From: a virus
Lineage: Duplodnaviria; Caudoviricetes
Strand: one strand, 5' to 3'
Virus record (IMG/VR): IMGVR_UViG_2910903598_000004
Location: 32,001-96,000 of that record
Length of the DNA stretch: 64,000 nt
The translations under genes and the position numbers were made by a program. Positions 20,137-29,185 of this stretch are shown here, piece by piece (within the stretch, counting starts at the first letter, position 1; every line of letters begins with the position of its first letter). Below the pieces are notes generated by a model. It searched no databases. It worked only from the letters and a program-made list of their open reading frames with translations, and was not told the origin of the DNA.

Positions 20137-20352
20137 TTAATCAATGATAATTGTAAAGCCATGTTTCTTTGTAGCTTCTTTATTAATTACAATTCGTTTT
20201 ACTTCTTCTCCTCCATGAAAACATTCCACTGATAACAGCTTGTCGATTTCTCCAGTAGCTGAATTATGAATGCCGATAGATTGTCCTTTGAAGACGCCAG
20301 AATCGTAATTCCATGCTTCGATCATGTCTTTATGATTTATTTTCTTCTTCAA
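20137..20352 (-). CDS. Small hypothetical protein
   Basis: 71 aa ORF, TTG start after GAGG. Confidence 0.55.
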   Translation of the reverse strand: MKKKINHKDMIEAWNYDSGVFKGQSIGIHNSATGEIDKLLSVECFHGGEEVKRIVINKEATKKHGFTIIID

Positions 20353-20401
20353 TTTACTTTTCCTTCTTTCTATCCTTGATTCATACGACTCCTTTCCAAA
20401 A

Positions 20402-21349
20402 TTAGAGTGGTTTGTATAAGCGGGTGTTGTTTAACCCGAAAATACGGTCCGTGAATGTTCCGTTGCTCTGATCTTCTAATGCATGTTCACATTGATACAT
20501 TTCCGCATCGATCATATCAATTCGATTTAACATGATAGCCTCCGGCAGCTGTGGAACTGTAATTGCTCCGTACTCCTGCTTGCCGTGATGAGATGCTAAT
20601 AAGTGTTTTAAAAGTAAAATCTTATCTTTATTCTCATCATTTTGAAGATCTAATTTATTGCAAGCTTCATCGATCATTTCACATCCAATCAGTAAATGTC
20701 CAAGCAAACTTCCTTCCGGAGTATAATCGGCATTTCCTGTAGGATCTGTATATAATTCTTTTAACTTTCCAACATCATGTAAGATAATGCCGGTTAACAA
20801 TAAACTGTGATTTAAGGCTTGCCCATACACTTTTCCAAGTGCAATTCCACTCTGAACCATACGGAATGTATGATACAAAAATCCAGATCGAATGTTATGA
20901 TGTACTGCTTTGGCAGCAGACCAGATAAAGATCTGTTCTTTGTACTTCTCATAAATATTATGAATGATAGCAAGATAAGCATCATCAAGTACTGTTTGAT
21001 CTGCAATCTGTAAGATATACTCATACATTTTTTGCGGACTGTAAGGTGCTGCATTAATGAAATCTTCCATTCTGTACTCAGATTCCAAAGCTTCTCTGTA
21101 CATATCCAGTGTAAAATCTTTCTGTCCGTTGTATTCTCCAACAGAAAATTCACCGATGATCACTGTATTCTTATCAAATGGAAATTCTTCAACTGACATA
21201 TTCCATAACTTGGCATCTACCTCTTTCTTCTGATCATCTCTTAACTTTAAGATCAAATAGGGTTTTGAAGTTCTGGTCTGTTTCTGTGTAACAGATACGA
21301 TCATCACTGGACCTGAAATCTTTCCTTGAATTGTTGCTTCTTTAAACAT
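20402..21349 (-). CDS. yhaM: YhaM/Cbf1-like OB-fold plus HD 3'-5' exoribonuclease
   Basis: YL.L.L.D...V.AKLW OB fold; AAK..HH...G.L.HT; LHDVGK..E; GH; SHHG..EYG...P...EA..L..ID.IDA. Confidence 0.88.
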   Translation of the reverse strand: MFKEATIQGKISGPVMIVSVTQKQTRTSKPYLILKLRDDQKKEVDAKLWNMSVEEFPFDKNTVIIGEFSVGEYNGQKDFTLDMYREALESEYRMEDFINAAPYSPQKMYEYILQIADQTVLDDAYLAIIHNIYEKYKEQIFIWSAAKAVHHNIRSGFLYHTFRMVQSGIALGKVYGQALNHSLLLTGIILHDVGKLKELYTDPTGNADYTPEGSLLGHLLIGCEMIDEACNKLDLQNDENKDKILLLKHLLASHHGKQEYGAITVPQLPEAIMLNRIDMIDAEMYQCEHALEDQSNGTFTDRIFGLNNTRLYKPL

Positions 21350-21409
21350 AAAAATCTCCTTTCGTAAATAAAAAAAACAGACTTTTTGTCTGTTTCAATG
21401 ATTTTTTTC

Positions 21410-21504
21410 TCATGACTTAAATATCGTAGGATCTATTTCTGAATCCTGAGTCTGGTGAACTATTTAACAGAAGCCACAGACCTTTACGCTCTGTGGTAGT
21501 TCAC
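21410..21504 (-). mobile_element. 5' fragment of an IscB/IsrB omegaRNA (HEARO-like) element left end
   Basis: GTGAACTACCACAGAGCGTAAAGGTCTGTGGCTTCTG..GTTCACCAGACTCAG..CTACGATA..GTCATGA; first hairpin nearly identical to 9428-9461. Confidence 0.7.
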
Positions 21505-21743
21505 TCTTCCTCTTCGCAATCCTCTTCATAATCAAAAGCCCAATCGCCATTGATTAGCACCTCCCATCCAGTTGCATGCCGTCCGTCGTGATCAAATGGC
21601 ATTTTTTCGACCACGTCAACGTCCTCGATCTTGAGGTTATTGTATTTTTTTTTCATTTCTTCAAGTTTATTTTTTCTTATTTCTTCCCATTTTTCAGTGC
21701 CATAAATTTCGGCACCGTAATAATAATATTCTCTATTTTTCAT
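21501..21743 (-). CDS. Small acidic hypothetical protein
   Basis: AAGGAGG RBS; stop TGA overlaps the IS remnant end. Confidence 0.7.
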   Translation of the reverse strand: MKNREYYYYGAEIYGTEKWEEIRKNKLEEMKKKYNNLKIEDVDVVEKMPFDHDGRHATGWEVLINGDWAFDYEEDCEEEE

Positions 21744-21754
21744 TTTGCCTCCTT

Positions 21755-21901
21755 ATAAAAAAGGGTATAAAAATAAACAGATACCATATATCTGCTTAAT
21801 TTATACCCATGATTGATAATTTTCTATTAACTTGATTCTTAAAAATGTTCAGAATTTTCCTATATTCTAAAGTCTGATAAAAATACAATTCTATTATATC
21901 A
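21755..21901 (-). promoter_or_regulatory. Repeated promoter/structured leader, copy 4 of 8
   Basis: TGATATAAT; GTATTTTTATCAGACTTTAGAAT-ATAGGAAA-ATTCTGAACATTTT; GGGTATAAA..GCAGATA..TATCTG..TTTATACCC plus T tract. Confidence 0.85.
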
Positions 21902-21923
21902 TGTTGTGATCAGTATCTCAATC

Positions 21924-22457
21924 CTAACATAGTGAAATTTTTTCTAATGCAAGAAACACCCATCGCTTAATCTCTGGATTTTCTGCAATGATATCCAATG
22001 CTCGATCATGATCAATTGCTCTACGATACACCCTGTCACTTATCAATGCATCATAAATATCAGCTGCCATTAAGATTTGAAAATATTCTTTTGCAAAATC
22101 GCTGATCTGTTCATCTGTCAGCGTACGATATTTGTGTGTACCATGATGCAGTAATATTAATTCACAAATATCTTTTTCAAACCCATATTCCATGCAAGCT
22201 TCATATCCATAGTATGCGTGCATATCAATGACTTTGCGTTCCAATCCTGTTAATGGTCTTGGTGCATTCAGAATCTTTTCTGGAATGTAGTATTTACCAA
22301 TATCATGATATTTTGCTGCAACCGTTAACATCTTTGTGTCGTATGCAGACAGCCTTAATTCTTCTGCCATTGCTTTCGTGTATTGTTCTACTCTGTCGCA
22401 ATGAATTTTTGTTTCTTTTGAAAAATATTCCTGTATTTTATATCTTGTCTTGATCAT
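21924..22457 (-). CDS. HD-domain phosphohydrolase (HD-GYP-like)
   Basis: HC.RV, HDIGK..IP..ILN....LT..E, H...G, HH, ADIYDAL.S.R.YR. Confidence 0.88.
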   Translation of the reverse strand: MIKTRYKIQEYFSKETKIHCDRVEQYTKAMAEELRLSAYDTKMLTVAAKYHDIGKYYIPEKILNAPRPLTGLERKVIDMHAYYGYEACMEYGFEKDICELILLHHGTHKYRTLTDEQISDFAKEYFQILMAADIYDALISDRVYRRAIDHDRALDIIAENPEIKRWVFLALEKISLC

Positions 22458-22867
22458 TTGTGTTCTTCCTCCCAATCTTTACCATACTTCTTTTTCAACT
22501 GTGGATTATCAAAAATATTTCCTACAACTATACAATCTTCCGGATCTTCTGCTTCTCCAAAAAAGTGATCATATACCCAGCCTTTTCTTTCAAGTGCCCA
22601 AGATGCATATTTTTTGTTCCAATGAACAATGGTATAGATATAATAGGATTTTATGATGTCGTTTTCAAAAATCGGCCTTCCATTCTTATCTCTTAGTCCT
22701 GTGCATTGACAGATGGTAGACTCATCTATTTGATGCGTTAGATTATCGCTTTCAAAGGGATGTTCAAAAATATAATGTTTTCCCATGAATACAAAGTAAG
22801 ATCCTTGCACCCATTCTCCATTGTCAATCCGTTTCGCTTTAAACAAAAATCTATTGTTAATTTCCAT
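22454..22867 (-). CDS. YopX-family protein
   Basis: FKAKR.DNGEWV.G; TICQCTGL.DKNG..IFE.DI; VVGNIFDNP. Confidence 0.88.
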   Translation of the reverse strand: MEINNRFLFKAKRIDNGEWVQGSYFVFMGKHYIFEHPFESDNLTHQIDESTICQCTGLRDKNGRPIFENDIIKSYYIYTIVHWNKKYASWALERKGWVYDHFFGEAEDPEDCIVVGNIFDNPQLKKKYGKDWEEEHK

Positions 22868-22882
22868 AAAGATACTCTCCTT

Positions 22883-23230
22883 TTACAATTTATTTAGTGG
22901 ACATCTGTTACATGCTTCTTCTGCTTCCTTTTGAAAATTTGGTGTTAATTTTGCATACACGCAATATTCATCGCACATTTCTTTTTTGATTTCTTCCAGA
23001 ATACTTGTTACTGTTTTGGCCCCTTTGTTGACATCTTTTACGACACCTGTGAGCTCTTCTGTGCCTTTATGGATTGTCTTTTCAACGATCTTGTATAATT
23101 GATCGATCTTTTTATCTGGCAGTTCATCGAAGTCACAATTGTCTGTTAATGCATCTAATCTGCATTTCGAACAATCATCTTGCACGTTACAAAATCCTCT
23201 TAAATTGTATATCTTATCGTTTCTTTCCAT
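22883..23230 (-). CDS. Cys-rich hypothetical protein
   Basis: C....C..C.L and MCD.YC...C..CPL motifs. Confidence 0.65.
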   Translation of the reverse strand: MERNDKIYNLRGFCNVQDDCSKCRLDALTDNCDFDELPDKKIDQLYKIVEKTIHKGTEELTGVVKDVNKGAKTVTSILEEIKKEMCDEYCVYAKLTPNFQKEAEEACNRCPLNKL

Positions 23231-23290
23231 TTGATTTTCCTTTCTTTTTAACGATACAGGACAAGGGAGTTTCCCTGTCCTGCATAACAA

Positions 23291-23728
23291 TTAATAATTA
23301 TCTTTCTCATATTCCAAAATCTTCTGCCAATGTTCTGCCATTGGACCTGTTGGATCGTAATGATATCCTGCTTTCATAAGTAGCAGTTGATCCAGATTGC
23401 AGTCATTTTCATAGAATCTCTTATTTCGAAATTCCATCAAAAGATTCTGTTTTAAGATATGCTTTTTCGCATCTTCTTCAGACAAACACAATACATCATT
23501 TGCTCCGCTTGTCTTATTTTTTAAGGCAAATTCGTAAATGACTCCGTCATGTTTCAGACAGTATTCTTGATCTCTGTACTGAACAATAGCAGTAATATAT
23601 TTACGACCAATTTTTTTAATCTCCGCCGGATCAATGTGATATACTTGTTTCATCTGATCTGAATCGTATTTCTTAGTTACAACATAAGCCGTATTTCCAA
23701 CGGCAAGCTCTTTCTTATTGACTTTCAT
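23291..23728 (-). CDS. Hypothetical protein (domain shared with C-terminus of 32786..33601)
   Basis: IKKIGRKYIT; VLCLSEEDAKKHI. Confidence 0.75.
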   Translation of the reverse strand: MKVNKKELAVGNTAYVVTKKYDSDQMKQVYHIDPAEIKKIGRKYITAIVQYRDQEYCLKHDGVIYEFALKNKTSGANDVLCLSEEDAKKHILKQNLLMEFRNKRFYENDCNLDQLLLMKAGYHYDPTGPMAEHWQKILEYEKDNY

Positions 23729-23746
23729 GATTTTTCTCCTTTTTTT

Positions 23747-24205
23747 TTACAAAACATCAAATATTCTAAGTTCTCTACCTCTTGCAATCACACTAGATTC
23801 ATCAACATAAAAGTGAGCTGCAATCTTTGAAATATTGATTCTATGACCTTCACTTTCATTTTTATCAACCTGCTGCAAGAATTCTTTTGTTGGTATCATC
23901 AATCTTCGTGCCAGATTTTTACATTCTGCATGATCTTGTATTCCAGCATCTATCTCAAAAAGTGCCTCAGCAAGAAGCATATTTTCTCTTTCTTTAGAAA
24001 GGAAAGGAATCTGTATTTTGTGTTCTTCTCCTCTTGAATGGAGTAACTGATAGCTGCTACTATATGGACTTATCGTTCCTGAGTAGTCTACAGTATGTCC
24101 TTTCTTAATTAAGATTTTTTTCACATCTTTGATCACTGAAGTCTGAATATCATACATTTCTCTGATGATTTGAACGATTTCGCCATAAATTTTCTCTTTT
24201 ATCAT
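23747..24205 (-). CDS. Degenerate ImmA/IrrE-like protein lacking HExxH
   Basis: ERE..LLAEAL in place of HELGH; AR.LMIP..EF...IA.HF.V...V..R..EL. Confidence 0.55.
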   Translation of the reverse strand: MIKEKIYGEIVQIIREMYDIQTSVIKDVKKILIKKGHTVDYSGTISPYSSSYQLLHSRGEEHKIQIPFLSKERENMLLAEALFEIDAGIQDHAECKNLARRLMIPTKEFLQQVDKNESEGHRINISKIAAHFYVDESSVIARGRELRIFDVL

Positions 24206-24219
24206 GATTTTCTCCTTTT

Positions 24220-25158
24220 TTAACGGCTGCAACTGTATTTTCTACCAATCATATGTATTCCAATATGATTTTGATCGTAAAGTTCATGCAGAATTTTTTG
24301 ATCATCATAAGTTAGCAAAATATCTGCACATCCTGGGAATTCTCTCAGTAATTCTGTAATCAATGCAGCTAATTCCTGATGCAAATGAAATTTTACTGGA
24401 TACAAACAATCGCCTTTTTCAATGTAAGGCGGATCAATAAAGATACAATTATCTGGGCTCCAATACATTTCTTCGATCAGTTCCATTGCATTTTTATTTG
24501 TTACCTCAATCCGATCGCTCATAGAATGTATCTTTTCGATCCGTTTGATCAGAGTATCAGAAAGCCAGCGATCTTCCATGTTGGATTTTGGATTTGCTGT
24601 TTGAATTCCAGAAAAACTACATCGATTGATCACAAGAAAGTAAAATGCACGATCAACTTCTGAAATATTTGCTTTGAGCATTCGCTTTTGATACAGAAAA
24701 TAGGATTCTCTACTTGGCTGATATTCTTTGATCCTTTGAATCAGCTCTTTATAATGATCACTGCATACTATATTCCAAAATGCATACACGTTCGGATCCA
24801 GATCATTTAATATCAGTTTTTCAATCATTCCGGATTCTAAAAGTGAAAGTCCAAAACTAGCTCCGCCACAGAAAGCTTCTACAAAATATTTCTTTCCTTT
24901 AAGATAAGGCAGCAGATGATCGATCATTTTCGATTTTCCACCTGGATATCTTAAAGGAGACAGCTGTTTCTTTAATTTTGATTTTTGGATGATCGGGCGA
25001 TGATCTGATACTGGTTTTTCTAAGATGATATCTGTTTGACTGTAATCTTCTTTCCCTTCTTTATAAAGGAATCCCTGACAGTCTGGACACCAGAATCCGA
25101 ATTCACCTTCTTCAAATCCGTCTCCGTCATATCCGCAATATTCGCATTTTTTACTCAA
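24220..25158 (-). CDS. Dam-family DNA adenine methyltransferase with N-terminal Zn ribbon
   Basis: SPLRYPGGKSK, E.F.GG, LND, N..SFSG, FIDPPY; CEYC...CPDC. Confidence 0.9.
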   Translation of the reverse strand: MSKKCEYCGYDGDGFEEGEFGFWCPDCQGFLYKEGKEDYSQTDIILEKPVSDHRPIIQKSKLKKQLSPLRYPGGKSKMIDHLLPYLKGKKYFVEAFCGGASFGLSLLESGMIEKLILNDLDPNVYAFWNIVCSDHYKELIQRIKEYQPSRESYFLYQKRMLKANISEVDRAFYFLVINRCSFSGIQTANPKSNMEDRWLSDTLIKRIEKIHSMSDRIEVTNKNAMELIEEMYWSPDNCIFIDPPYIEKGDCLYPVKFHLHQELAALITELLREFPGCADILLTYDDQKILHELYDQNHIGIHMIGRKYSCSR

Positions 25159-25178
25159 TGAATTTCCTCCATCATATT

Positions 25179-25481
25179 TTATGATTCCATTACATCTCTA
25201 ATTTCATCAAATGGACGTGCCTCATATTCAATATGGTATGTATCAAAAGAAGCATACGCATGAAACACCATAAAATCTTCTGTAATAGGTTCTTCGTATC
25301 TTCCAAGTTCATTAACGCTATTTGTACACTCATGACATATTTCTTGCGATAATTCTTTGTCCTCTTCAATTAACGATAAAAGATAACTCTTAATCTCTTC
25401 TTCTGTTGCAGCGAGCCGTTCAATAGAGAACTGACCGCTGCCATCATTCCACACTACTACTAACCATTCTTTTTTTGCCAT
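25179..25481 (-). CDS. Hypothetical protein
   Basis: AGGAGG RBS, 100 aa. Confidence 0.7.
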   Translation of the reverse strand: MAKKEWLVVVWNDGSGQFSIERLAATEEEIKSYLLSLIEEDKELSQEICHECTNSVNELGRYEEPITEDFMVFHAYASFDTYHIEYEARPFDEIRDVMES

Positions 25482-25564
25482 TCTTCTTTCCTCCTAATTT
25501 CAAAAGAACTATCACACTATTGCCATGCTTTTGATGACATCGGCACCGTATGATAGTTCAATTC

Positions 25565-25747
25565 TCATTTTTTTATTTCACAGGCAATATCACTTCTACT
25601 TCCACGAACAGAAAAACCTTCTGTATCATGTTTCAGAAGAATAGCCATAATCTGTTTTTCTTCTTCCTCGCTCAAAGAGAATCCTTCCCAATAAGAAAAA
25701 TCATCTTCTCCGAATCTGGTAATGATTCCAAAAATGTTCTCACTCAT
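25565..25747 (-). CDS. Small hypothetical protein
   Basis: AGGAGG RBS before MSENIF. Confidence 0.6.
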   Translation of the reverse strand: MSENIFGIITRFGEDDFSYWEGFSLSEEEEKQIMAILLKHDTEGFSVRGSRSDIACEIKK

Positions 25748-26462
25748 TTTCTTTCCTCCTGATTTTAATCTTAAAACCATCATGACAAAAACCATATTTG
25801 TTTGTCAGAGCGTCTGAAACATCATCCAGAAAATCCTCATTATAATCTAAATCATCGTCAGGATCATATTTAGAAAAATTAATGTTAAGAACTGAAGCAT
25901 AAATTTCATCAGGTAATCCTGCCATCACTCTAACATCATCCGGTGTAGACCAATTGATGTTTGTGATCATGATATCTTTCCATGATCTTTGCTTCTTTTT
26001 TTTCTTTACCCATTTTAATTCCATAAGATCGAATTGGTACAATTCACTAGGTCGTTCTGTTTCCTCATCTATATCGAGAAAATCAATGCACAGTAGGCAA
26101 TCTGCAAAATTACCTTGTCGTTTTGGCACATCAAATACAAAATCGATGCCATACAATTGATCAACATATCCTGATTCATGGATCAAATCTTCTGCTTTTT
26201 TTAAAAAATATGAAAAATTCGAATCTGTGACTTTCTTAAATGGCTTTATTGGCAAATTATCATTTTTATATTTTGTATCTTCTTTTAAAGTATAATCAAA
26301 ATATTTATTACCATTTTCATGGTAAACCGGTAATTTGTTAAGATGATATTTGATTACAAGATGTCTTGCGAGACTCAGAATATCATTATTCATCGCAGCT
26401 CCATCTTGAATAATCAGCTTTGTCTCATTTTCTGTAATTTCTAATTTCCAATTTTTAATCAT
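25740..26462 (-). CDS. Two-domain hypothetical protein, N-domain paralogous to 17337..18185
   Basis: IKNWKLEITE...L.I..GA.M..D.L.LAR...IKY.L..L..Y. Confidence 0.75.
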   Translation of the reverse strand: MIKNWKLEITENETKLIIQDGAAMNNDILSLARHLVIKYHLNKLPVYHENGNKYFDYTLKEDTKYKNDNLPIKPFKKVTDSNFSYFLKKAEDLIHESGYVDQLYGIDFVFDVPKRQGNFADCLLCIDFLDIDEETERPSELYQFDLMELKWVKKKKKQRSWKDIMITNINWSTPDDVRVMAGLPDEIYASVLNINFSKYDPDDDLDYNEDFLDDVSDALTNKYGFCHDGFKIKIRRKENE

Positions 26463-26475
26463 AATTTCTTTCTCC

Positions 26476-26805
26476 TTATATGCAAATCATATGAATAATA
26501 TCACTTTCTGGTATAGGCATTTCACGTTCATGGTGATCTAAATCTCTTTGACCAAATTCATCAATGAAATCATCCTCAACCGCTGATCTCTTTGGTTTGT
26601 GATCATACTCGAAGATATAATCATCATCAATAAGATCATCATTATCGTTGACTCTTTGAACTTTTGCGTAGAATGTAGGGAATTCTTCATTTTCTTCTGC
26701 TTTTCCAATTACATACTTTACTTTTTCCGCTTTCCATTCCGTCTTCCATTCATCAAGCTTGATGCACTTATACCCATCAATTTTAATTTGCTTTTCATTT
26801 TTCAT
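26476..26805 (-). CDS. Hypothetical protein
   Basis: RBS before MKNEKQ. Confidence 0.65.
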   Translation of the reverse strand: MKNEKQIKIDGYKCIKLDEWKTEWKAEKVKYVIGKAEENEEFPTFYAKVQRVNDNDDLIDDDYIFEYDHKPKRSAVEDDFIDEFGQRDLDHHEREMPIPESDIIHMICI

Positions 26806-26819
26806 AATGTATTCCTTCC

Positions 26820-27299
26820 TTACCAATAATTTTGTCGTTTGACAATATCCTTGCAAATCATGCTTGCCAGAAAATCGTCATTTTCACATAACTCTTTCAA
26901 ATTTTCTCTTATATCATCATAAGATTTTGAAAATTCTTCGTAAGCATAGTCAATTATTTCTAATCGCTTTTCTAATGATTTGATAAACCTTTTTGTGCTT
27001 TCGATTTCTTCTGATACTTTTTGCTTAATTTCTTCCAAAGTATTTGGATTATCCTTATTACCACAATCAATATAATTTCTAAAATATTGATTTTTGGTAA
27101 ATTTTGTATCAACTTCAAGAATGTATCCTCGAAAAGATTCTTTCCTTTTATATGTTGCATTGGTGAAATTTTTTGACATGCTTTTAAAAGGGGTTCCATC
27201 TTTTTTCGTTAAATATGTGACATTTTCCCATGCTTCCAGTCTTGCTTTATTTTCTTCAATATAATCTTTCAAATCTCTTTTAATACTATTCAAACTCAT
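26820..27299 (-). CDS. Hypothetical protein
   Basis: 159 aa, AWE.V...TKKDG.PFK.MSKNF motif. Confidence 0.75.
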   Translation of the reverse strand: MSLNSIKRDLKDYIEENKARLEAWENVTYLTKKDGTPFKSMSKNFTNATYKRKESFRGYILEVDTKFTKNQYFRNYIDCGNKDNPNTLEEIKQKVSEEIESTKRFIKSLEKRLEIIDYAYEEFSKSYDDIRENLKELCENDDFLASMICKDIVKRQNYW

Positions 27300-27429
27300 A
27301 TTTATTGCCTGCCTTTCCTATGATTTTTTAATTTCAGTACGATAAAATTCTTTGATATATAAAAAGTACAAAAACAAATAATAATTTTTCATCTGTTTTT
27401 GTACCATATTAATATAATATATATCAAAA

Positions 27430-27669
27430 TTAAGCAGTTACAATCTGCCAAACATGAACCTCTTCTCCATTAATATAGAGAATAGCTTCTTCATTATCGC
27501 AGTGTGATGATTTCATCCATTCCGGATCAATACCGTTTGAAAACATTTCTTGATACTCAATCTTTCGTTCATATTCAAAATTAAGTTGCTTACAGGCTTC
27601 TTCTTTGGTGTTATATTTTCCAACAACATCAATAGAACATCCGTCTGTATGAATTAATAAAACTTTCAT
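27430..27669 (-). CDS. Small hypothetical protein
   Basis: AAAGGAG RBS, 79 aa. Confidence 0.65.
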   Translation of the reverse strand: MKVLLIHTDGCSIDVVGKYNTKEEACKQLNFEYERKIEYQEMFSNGIDPEWMKSSHCDNEEAILYINGEEVHVWQIVTA

Positions 27670-27902
27670 TAATTCATCTCCTTTCCTGATGAATTTACAT
27701 ATTCTTTATAAAATTTCATCAATTCATCTTCTGGCATCTGTTCAAGAGTTTCTTCAACTTTTGCATATAAATCCTCTTGATCATCATCTGGGCGATTCTC
27801 ACCAAAAAAATCAAAATAAACATAGTCACTGTTCATGCACTCCTGAATCATAGTGCATTTCAGGCTAATTAACATTTTATCAGTGAATTTTAATTTACAC
27901 AT
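27669..27902 (-). CDS. Small hypothetical protein
   Basis: AGAAAGGAGG RBS before MCKLKF. Confidence 0.7.
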   Translation of the reverse strand: MCKLKFTDKMLISLKCTMIQECMNSDYVYFDFFGENRPDDDQEDLYAKVEETLEQMPEDELMKFYKEYVNSSGKEMN

Positions 27903-27925
27903 TTTGTATTTCCTCCTTTCTTTTG

Positions 27926-28091
27926 TAAAAATAAAAATGGACATAAAAAGAAGCAGATACAAAATATCTACTTAAATTTATGCCCAAATGATTGGTTATG
28001 AAATTTCTATTGATTTTTTATCCTAAAAAAAGTTCAGAGTTTTTCCGTTAAAACTCCAAAGTCTAATAAAAAATACATTAGTATTATATCA
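27926..28091 (-). promoter_or_regulatory. Repeated promoter/structured leader, copy 5 of 8
   Basis: TGATATAAT; TATTAGACTTTGGAGTTTT-AACGGA-AAAACTCTGAACTTTTT; terminal GGGCATAAA..TTTATGTCC hairpin. Confidence 0.88.
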
Positions 28092-28221
28092 TATTCAGAA
28101 AAAATTATAAAGATTTTGTCGCAAAAAAAAAGAAGCAGACACATAAAATATGTATCTGCTCCAAAAATTAATTTCTAGCTATTCTCATTCAAGACAAAAT
28201 CTTCTCCATATAATGGTGGCA

Positions 28222-29109
28222 TTACTTTCGAGTTAGAATATAACATTCATCATTTGAATTTTTTATTATTCCAGTTTCAACATTGTATTTTTCATGTTCT
28301 GCTATTCTCATTATATCAACAAAATCAAGATTGCATATTAATGCTTTCCTTTTAGAAATACAAAATTCATTTGCTTTTATTGAGTAAATTCCTAATACAT
28401 TTGCAATCTTTCTTAAATCACTGCCATCCATGGAATCAGTTAATTTAATATATGGAACACCAGAAGCATCATAATATAAACTATTGAAAATTTTCATATG
28501 ATGAAATATATCTCCAATACTACAACCTACGTGATATATTTCTTCGCAAGAATACTGATCGATCAATTCGACATCATTACATTTTGAGTATTGATCATAT
28601 AATAATTTAACCATATATCCCTCATTTAACAATTCCATTACTATATGGTGGAATGGATAATTTGAAGAAATTGAATTATGCTGACTTTTTATCCAGTTCT
28701 CGATCACTGCTTTGGGAGCATCTGTTTTAAAAATGATAGATTCTTTCTCATCATTGCCAGAATCTGAAAGATATACTTGAATAGCTCTTGGTTCTGCTTT
28801 CAAAATATTTTCTTCCATCACTTTTTTGCTTTCTACTAGATAATCTTCAAATTTTTCATCTGTAATTAAATAAAATAATGATTCAAAATCGTCCTTATTT
28901 TCTACTTCAAGATACAATTTTAATATATCATCAGAAATTCCACTAACTTGAAAGTCTGCTGCTTCCATAATATCTGCTAAAATCGTATCTGCATCATGAA
29001 TCATCCCATCTGGCTGTTTTGTCGATAAATCCAAAACCTGTTCTGCTAATTCCTTTACCGTTCCTTCAAAGTCTGTAGGCTCTTTAATGTTTCCTAATTC
29101 TTTTCTCAT
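28222..29109 (-). CDS. Hypothetical multi-domain protein
   Basis: 295 aa, AAAGGAG RBS. Confidence 0.75.
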   Translation of the reverse strand: MRKELGNIKEPTDFEGTVKELAEQVLDLSTKQPDGMIHDADTILADIMEAADFQVSGISDDILKLYLEVENKDDFESLFYLITDEKFEDYLVESKKVMEENILKAEPRAIQVYLSDSGNDEKESIIFKTDAPKAVIENWIKSQHNSISSNYPFHHIVMELLNEGYMVKLLYDQYSKCNDVELIDQYSCEEIYHVGCSIGDIFHHMKIFNSLYYDASGVPYIKLTDSMDGSDLRKIANVLGIYSIKANEFCISKRKALICNLDFVDIMRIAEHEKYNVETGIIKNSNDECYILTRK

Positions 29110-29128
29110 GATTTTTCTCCTTTTTTAT

Positions 29129-29177
29129 AAAATTCTCAGCTGCGTATCCACATACCTTTAGGTGGTGGGTAGTTCAT
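29129..29177 (-). mobile_element. Minimal IS200/IS605 (IscB-type) end-fusion remnant (~49 bp)
   Basis: ATGAACTACCCACCACCTAAAGGTATGTGGATACGCAGCTGAGAATTTT followed by ATAAA; begins like the left ends at 9461 and 21504. Confidence 0.55.
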
Positions 29178-29185
29178 AAAATTTG

